Source of the DNA: Amoebidium appalachense
Taxonomy: Eukaryota > Protista > Ichthyosporea
Length of the DNA: 64,000 bases
Direction: 5' to 3'
NCBI GenBank assembly: GCA_963693365.1
Contig: CAVNZM010000016.1
Location: 5,386,543 to 5,450,542, forward strand
The position numbers and the translations under genes were made by a program. The stretch's first letter is position 1; each line of letters starts with the position of its first letter. The notes under the pieces are model-generated. The model ran no database searches. It saw only the letters and a program-made list of their open reading frames with translations, and was not told where the DNA came from. Below are positions 57,453 through 64,000 of this stretch, in pieces.

Positions 57453-57583
57453 GGGCCTGTTTGGCAGCACCCCAATAATCGTATTCGTATTTAGGCCCTA
57501 AATACGATCTACCGTATTTACAAAATTTATCGTGGTATGCGTATTTAGGGCCTAAATACGGTTGGTGCCTTCCAAACGCTGTC
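57453..57583. mobile_element. Tourist/PIF-Harbinger-like MITE remnant
   Basis: TTA + GGGCCTGTTTGGCAGCACC at the left end, degenerate GGTGCCTTCCAAACG at the right; two internal CGTATTTAGG(C/G)CCTAAATACG palindromes. Confidence 0.45.
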
Positions 57584-57944
57584 AGGCGTGACTGGTCACA
57601 TAAAGGGTTTACACACTTTTTATTGCGTGGACATTGCCGGAGGCCCAGCCACATTCGACGGCCTACTGCGTTTTCCAGCACAGCCAATCAAATGCAGCCA
57701 GTGACATATGTACATGCTAGGCAACAATGAGCGCCATCGTAGGATCTGACACCCCTATTACATATTATGGGTAAGCAGATGCTAGCATCGGTAGCTCCGA
57801 CACATAAAATGTCGATACATGGTTCACGAGATCTGATTGGCCCTATTCGCACCCATTGATCATCCTTCGGTATTCCATGCATATAGACTGGCTGACTGGT
57901 GCAGCTGTAGTCGGTGCTACCCTCAATTCCCAAGCTCCTAGGGT

Positions 57945-58225
57945 GTGACGTAATATTTGGCACGAAATTTATTTGGCACGAGCCTGCAAAACGGTGAAAT
58001 TGGGGCAGGATGTCGCCCAGGCACCGACAGGAGCTTGGGGATACCCCTGGATGTGCTCCGCTAGCGGGCTGGTGCCAAATAAATTCGTGCCACATTTTAC
58101 GTCACCAGGTTCGTGCCAAATTATTTGGTGCCAAATTTATTTGGGGCATAAATGGGTCGGTTCGAACTATTATGGGTCGAATCAGCTCGAATCGTTCCTG
58201 ACCCGTTTTCTGACCCGTTTTTGTG
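57945..58225. repeat. About 38-bp inverted repeat (57945-57983 / 58068-58105) with reiterated GTGCCAAA(T) and TGACCCGTTTT motifs
   Basis: gtgacgtaatatttggcacgaaatttatttggcacgagc versus reverse complement gtgacgtaaaatgtggcacgaatttatttggcaccagc; resembles a transposon end or MITE. Confidence 0.7.
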
Positions 58226-58488
58226 GCTCATCGTTGGTGGCGTCTGATTCGAGGAATAAACTCGAAAGGCGGGCTAAGCAAGACCACGTCAACCACGTGC
58301 AGGTGGTGGCGTACTTGAACGGGCAGTCACAGCCTGGACTGGCAGTTGACAGGTGTGACACAGCGCTAGCATCCTTATCATATTGCAGTAGGCCCATATA
58401 AAAATAATAAAAACAGACAACACCCTTTAATGCTCGATCATAACTGACAGTACATATTTTGTGTGAGCATGGGTTACAAACATGCTCG

Positions 58489-59414
58489 CGTCCGCATTGG
58501 ACGTGGGCAAGGCCATTGGGCTTTGCTGAGGATTCTCGTTCATGTTATCCTCGCCTTTTGTCTTTTGGCTGCAGCGGGTTCAACAAACAACCCAGATGGG
58601 GTGAACAAAAAAGTCATTAAGGAAAACAAATCTTGGTCTAAAGATCATGCCAAGCTGGAACAGCCATTCGTTGCACGGTACATTGATTATTGCATAGCGG
58701 ATCATGAGGACTCTGTCGAAGCTGGCACGTGCCCTCCCCAGCCCTTCCTCAGGGATTGGGTGTGGCATCAAACCCGTCATGGCGGCCGGATAGATGCATC
58801 TACAGCGGAGGGAGTCCATCAGGTGATCCTCCCCCCCCCCCCCCCCCCCCCTCCCCCCTCTCTCCCCACCACCCCCTGCCTCTTTTCCACTTTTTCTCTC
58901 CCCTCCCCTGTCTCTCTGTTCTGGGCCTTACAGGTGGTTCCTCCGTTTTAGAAGTTGTTTTTTATGTAATACGTTAGGTGTGTCCTTTTGCATCTTGTGG
59001 ATACCAATGCCTTCACCGCTCAGGCCTTCCCTTGCACTTAATCTTATGGACCTTTGTGCCTGTCCCATGATCTGTTTGGCATGATGTGTGTGCCTGTGTG
59101 TGTATGTTAAAGACAGGGGAGGGGGGGAAGGGGGAGAGGTCAGGGTAGGGAGAAAGGGAGGGAAGGATGGGTGGGTGGGAGGGTTGGAGGGAAGGAGGGA
59201 GGGGGAGAAAGGGTAGAGGGAGGGATGGCGGAAAAGACAGAAAGAGAGGGGCAAAGAGAGGAGGGCAGTCGGTAAAGAGGAAGGGCGGGAGGGTGGGACG
59301 GAGAGGGAGAAGGGGGAAGTGGAGAATTAGGCAGGGGAGGGGGCCGAGAGCAAGAGGGGGGGTGGGGAGGGTGTGGGCGGTGTGTGTGTGTGTACGTGTG
59401 TGTGTATGTATGTT

Positions 59415-59445
<31 letters not shown>

Positions 59446-59973
59446 GTTGGATGGGGGATTCGGTTGGGAGTGGGTTCTTTATAGAACTGGCAACCATTGA
59501 CCAGCTATTCTTTCACCCTGTCTTTGTCTTCACTCTGCAGCTTATGGCAATAATGGCAAATGTTCCTTGGCTGAGTGTGGTATGGAGGTTGGGTCTTTCG
59601 ACAGTGATGGCTCTGACGATGACGATGAGGGGTCAAGTGACGAGAGCCCCGGTCCATTCAACGTGTCAACATGTGTGCGCCTAGCAGGCCGCAAGCTTAA
59701 CGCCCGGCGTGCGATGCGCAAGCTGATTGGGTCTGTGCACAGCTCCGAGGGGTTTGCTTTAGCAGCACAGGACCCGGATCATCTGCTCTTCACTCTAGTG
59801 TTCTTTGACGAGGCCGTGGCAGCAGACATACAGCTTGCCAGGTGCTTCCTGCCGAACCCCCCCCCCCCCCCCCCCCCCTTCCCCTCCAACGCCCCCCCCG
59901 CTCCTCCCTCTCGCCTCTCCCCCCCTTTCCCTGCAGGGCCTCCCTCCCCTTTCCCCCACCCCCCTTTCCCCCC

Positions 59974-60008
<35 letters not shown>

Positions 60009-63000
60009 CCCCCTTTTCTGCATCCCCCTCCCCCTCTCCTCCTTCCCACAATTCTTCCGCCCAACTGCTCCACCTCCTTACTTCCTTGCACGTATCAATC
60101 CATCTCTCCTTCCAACCCAAGTGACACCAGTTTTTTGTCAGACAACCTGCCTCCCCAGGCCCACTTATTATGCCTGTCCTGTTCCCCTCCCCCCCCCCCC
60201 TCCTCCCTCAGGAGGGCCTCTGCCCATTCGTCCCTCCTTTTCAAGTCCTCCATTACCTCTTACCTCCCCTAATTCTCATTATTCTCTAATAGTATACCTA
60301 TATCTTCCATCCTACCTTTTTGGAAGCTCCCTGCTTCTCTTCCACCTATTTGAAAGCATCTGCATCTACCCCCCCCCCCCCCCCCCCCCGTTCATAGCCC
60401 CTCCTTCATCAGTACTCCCTTACATCTGCCCGGCCCCCTTCAGAGTGCCCCACCCCCTCCCCCCCCCCCACACACACACCCCTCCCCTTTCACACACATG
60501 CACACACGAACGCACCCATGCATGCACGCATGCACCCTCCCTCGCAGCCACGAGCGCACACACTCTTATTCACTTATAGAATTGTTAATAATCTAATGCC
60601 CCCCCCCCCCCCCCCCCAACCCCAACCCACCCACACACGCACACACACACACACGCCAAGGTTTCCCTTGTTCTGCTCCTCGGCCTTTCCGCCTTCCCCA
60701 TAATCTGTCTTTCTCTCTCTTTCCCTCCCCCCCCCCCCCCCCCCCCCCCCAATCCCACCCCACCCCACCAGCACTGCCCTACCACCCTCCCACTTCTTGT
60801 CTTTGCTTATTCTTCCTTGTGATGTGCAACACAGGGACATATCCGGGCCACCTGAGGTCCAGCAACAACGCCTTCTTCAAATTCTGGGTGCCTGGAGAAT
60901 GGAGCTTATGGAAACACCCGCTGACGGCAACTGTTTGTTTCATTCGGTGTGGCATTATATCAATCAGTATCTACAAAGTGGTCATGTAGCTACCCGTGAA
61001 CACCTCAACACATTGGGGTTTACAGCTAATATGGAGCCTATAGAGGCGATTGGACGGCTACGCGAACTAATGGTAAACGAATGGCGGCGAAATCTAGCAG
61101 AATACCAAGGATTCCTTTCAAGGGTGACCCTCGCATACGTAGCTGATGATTTCCGCTGTCCTCGGCGCGCCCATTTTGCTTCTGCAGCCGGTGACGCGAT
61201 GGTGCTGGGCTTAGCCAACGCACTCCGCATACCAATAACCATTTTTAGCACGATTGCCAATCACGGTGTAGTTGCGGTCACTCCACCCACCGTCATCGAA
61301 CCCAACATTGCCATACCCGTATCACTTAACGGTGCAGCAGATCATTACTCAGTGGTAATACCTCGCTTGTCGCATGCGAACAAAATCTCGGACAACAACC
61401 AAGCACAGACATCACACTCAGTTGACACGGAAAACTCGACGGAGTTGGCGTCTAACGCTAACACAACTGACACGTTCGGTGGGTTGCCCGCCAAGGGCTG
61501 CAGCTGTAATAGAAACAGTAAGGATAGAACACGTTTTTTTTGTGGTTTTAAGAACGGCGGGGGGAAAGTGCAGGCATACGATGGGCATGAGCGTTGCATA
61601 TGCGCAAAGAACAAGCGGGCATGCACCCAGGCATGCAGGTGTGAGAATTGTGGCAACAGGTGAGCCGTATGATATGCATTTGCTACTTTTCTTCTTTTGC
61701 ATCCTCTATTTGCCCACACTTGGTACTTTATAATCGAAACCTTAACTTGGCCAAATCCAGGTATTTCTGCTTGTCCCTCTCTTTATCCCCCCCCCCCCCC
61801 CCCCCCCCCCCCCTTTCCCCAAGACGGGTGACCTACTCATGTTCAAGTGAAACAGTATCTGAGTTGGGTTTCGTTAACGAGGGGAATAGGTCGAAACTCG
61901 GGTACTGTGGATGACGTGGGCCCCCCCTGAGGATGGGCTCTGCTTATTATGCATACTCTTTATGTATGGCTTGCATTCTGCATCGTGTTATCCGTTTGTT
62001 CTTGTGTACTTCGTACTTTTTGACGCATTCAAAACCCCCCTTCCCCTCCCCCCCCCCCCCCCCCCCCCCCCCCCCGAGGGGAAAGAAAAGCCCCCTCTCC
62101 CAATCCCCTCCCCCTCCTGTATCCGTCGTTTCATGATGTCTAACCCCTCCCCCTCCCCCCACCTTCCCCACTGCTCACCACCTGCACACCCGCACACCAT
62201 ACACAAACTTAAACACACACACGCATGCACGTGTGCACGCACACACACAGCCCCTCCCCCCCCCCCCCCCCCCCCCCCCACCCACACACACACACAATGC
62301 ATCCGCGCATCATGGTCCATGCATACACGTGTGTGGATAGATGCACAGGTGCACGAATCCACGCACGCACGCACCCACAGAGCACGTGTGCGCACGCACA
62401 CACAAACACACATGTGTACACGTGCGCGCGCATTCACACGCACACACAAACGCACATACAAATGCAGTCATGGACAGCGGCCAGAGCCAAACCGTCCAGG
62501 TCGCCCGTCTACCATGCAGCTGCATTTATCCGGCGAAGGGGGGAACCTTTCCCTGAGAAGTGGTGATGGGTCCAACACCACCCATACGGCCAACACAACA
62601 GCCACCAGGGGCAAGGCCACTGCCACGGTTCCAACGCAAAGGCGGCGCGCACGATTCACACAAACACGAACCACAGATCAGAATGGTTTGGAGTATTATG
62701 TGTCTGTGGGCGAGGAGGTACGTTCGGGTAGATGGTCGGATGCGGAGACCGCGTTGATTGAAAGTATTGTTATTTCGCTTGCGGAACAAAAGTTGCCGGC
62801 AACAGAGGAGGACATATTTGCACATTACCATGCAGCATTGGAGGGCAACGAGGAGGGTGTGGGGCTGGATGCCATCCTTTCCAAAACGTTGAAGCAAATC
62901 AAGTCAAAAATAGAACACATTGAGAAGGAAAGACGTTTGCGTAGTCAGGTGGCCGCCGAGGTGAGGGAGGAAATCGCAAGGGCTAAGGAAGCCGCTGCTA

Positions 63001-63455
63001 GGACAGTTACGGAGAAAGCAAGCGAGAGAGCACGAAACACGAAACGTGGGCTGAAGTCACAGAGTAATTCACAGACTGCCCCGTCAAAGAAGGCCAAGCC
63101 CAGCGGCCTTTCACGTGCAAGCACCAACACAGGTGTTGCCCCTCAGGAGCATGATCCCACCAGTTCGTCAACCGATTCGGCGGATGAATTCCAAAGCACC
63201 CAACAGTCTGGGGTGATTCCCCCTAGCCAGCACCCGCACCATCCGCAAGCGTTCCACCCCAGTTATTATCACACATACCCGAGCACGATAGCCAGTGCAC
63301 AATGTAGCGTCTGTCAACTGACTTTAGCAATCCCTCCCCATCTGTGTCATACTTACATGCAATGCTGTAGGTGCAAGGCCATGTTGTATGCTCTGGTCAC
63401 CGCTTTTGGCATCCGCCTGCTCAGTTTTAGTGTCACGGATAATAGGTGGAAGTGA
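58489..63455 (+). CDS. Spliced OTU-like cysteine protease + CXC (tesmin-like) + Myb/trihelix-like protein, probably transposon-derived; 5' end uncertain
   Basis: Exons 59541-59841, 60835-61659 and 62468-63455 join in phase. OTU 'TPADGNCLFHSV..GDAMVLGLANALRIPITIF..DHYSVV'; CXC 'CSC..C..RCICAKNKRACTQACRCENCGN'; 'GRWSDAETALIE..KTLKQIKSKIEH'; terminal CxxC..CxxC. The upstream block 58489-58822 was not phase-linked with certainty. Confidence 0.75.
61821..62032 (+). mobile_element. Poly-C-inserted short element, subfamily A, in the intron of the OTU gene
   Basis: Reverse complement of the 45551-45760 copy; C-runs on both sides; ends GCATTCAA followed by a C-run. Confidence 0.85.
61830..61940 (+). 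ncRNA. Candidate structured RNA: rearranged hammerhead core plus kink-turn (subfamily A)
   Basis: GACCUA-CUCAUGUU-caag-UGAA-ACAGUAUCUGAGUU-GGG-[uuucg uuaa cgagg]-ggaa-UAGGUC-GAAACUCGGGUACUGU-GGAU-GACGUGGG-CCCCCC-CUGAGGA-UG-GGCUC; several G-U pairs work only on this strand. Confidence 0.5.
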
Positions 63456-64000
63456 GCCAATCCCTCCACGTAGTTTTTTATTTTTCTAATTGTTATTGTG
63501 GCTGCCAGCTGCTTTGGGGTCAGGTGGCAAACGTAGGGCATGTCTAGTAGGTTCGATTAGTATGGGATTTGGCATCATGATGCCAAGACTTAGTCAATAC
63601 AGTAACTTAAGAATCAGTTTGTTAGGTGTTAGTTGTAACATTTAACTTCCAGTAATGTTCAGCATGTCATAGTGGTAGTTTATGATTGTAATGTTACTTA
63701 CAGTTTAACTACATGTAATGTCATGGTGTATGTAGAGTATGCTGTCACATTCAATGCACACACACACGGCACACACACACGAACATGCACACACGCAACC
63801 ACATACACGTCAAGCACACACTACGTATACATCCATGCATGCGACATTCGCCTTTTTAATACCTATGATATCATTACGTAGTCAAAATACCATAATAATA
63901 ATGTGTAGAAGTGATTGCAGGTCACTTTCACATGCTGCAGCTGTTTTATTAATAATGACACCGTAAATTAATGGCAAGCACACTGCAGACTCGGATTCCC

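Noticed and set aside
61911-62467. N-terminal part of the 514-aa ORF 61911-63455
   Set aside because: It runs through the inserted element and microsatellites; a phase-correct intron 61660-62467 removes it.

Overview
Intron-rich eukaryotic DNA (gene content suggests a unicellular relative of animals; inference only) saturated with G/C homopolymers and (CA)n/(GA)n/(GCGT)n microsatellites, so most ORF-track entries are artefacts. Genes assembled by hand from spliced exons: a CC2D1/Lgd-family protein (minus, 3'-partial, C-terminal domain duplicated in tandem), Gemin8, tRNA-Val(AAC), an intronless secreted ricin-B-lectin-like protein, RNA polymerase III subunit RPC6/POLR3F (11 exons, 304 aa) and a spliced OTU + CXC + Myb-like gene that is probably transposon-derived. 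There is also a decayed pogo/DDE_1 transposon and several MITEs. The main discovery candidate is a family of about 17 short non-coding elements (about 390 bp full length, at least 3 subfamilies). They sit in poly-C tracts inside introns, always on the host sense strand, with a fixed 3' end and variable 5' truncation. They share a covarying RNA fold that contains a kink-turn and all three hammerhead-ribozyme core strands in a non-circularly permuted order. This points to a poly-C-targeting, Penelope/retrozyme-like mobile RNA with a rearranged ribozyme; catalytic activity is untested.
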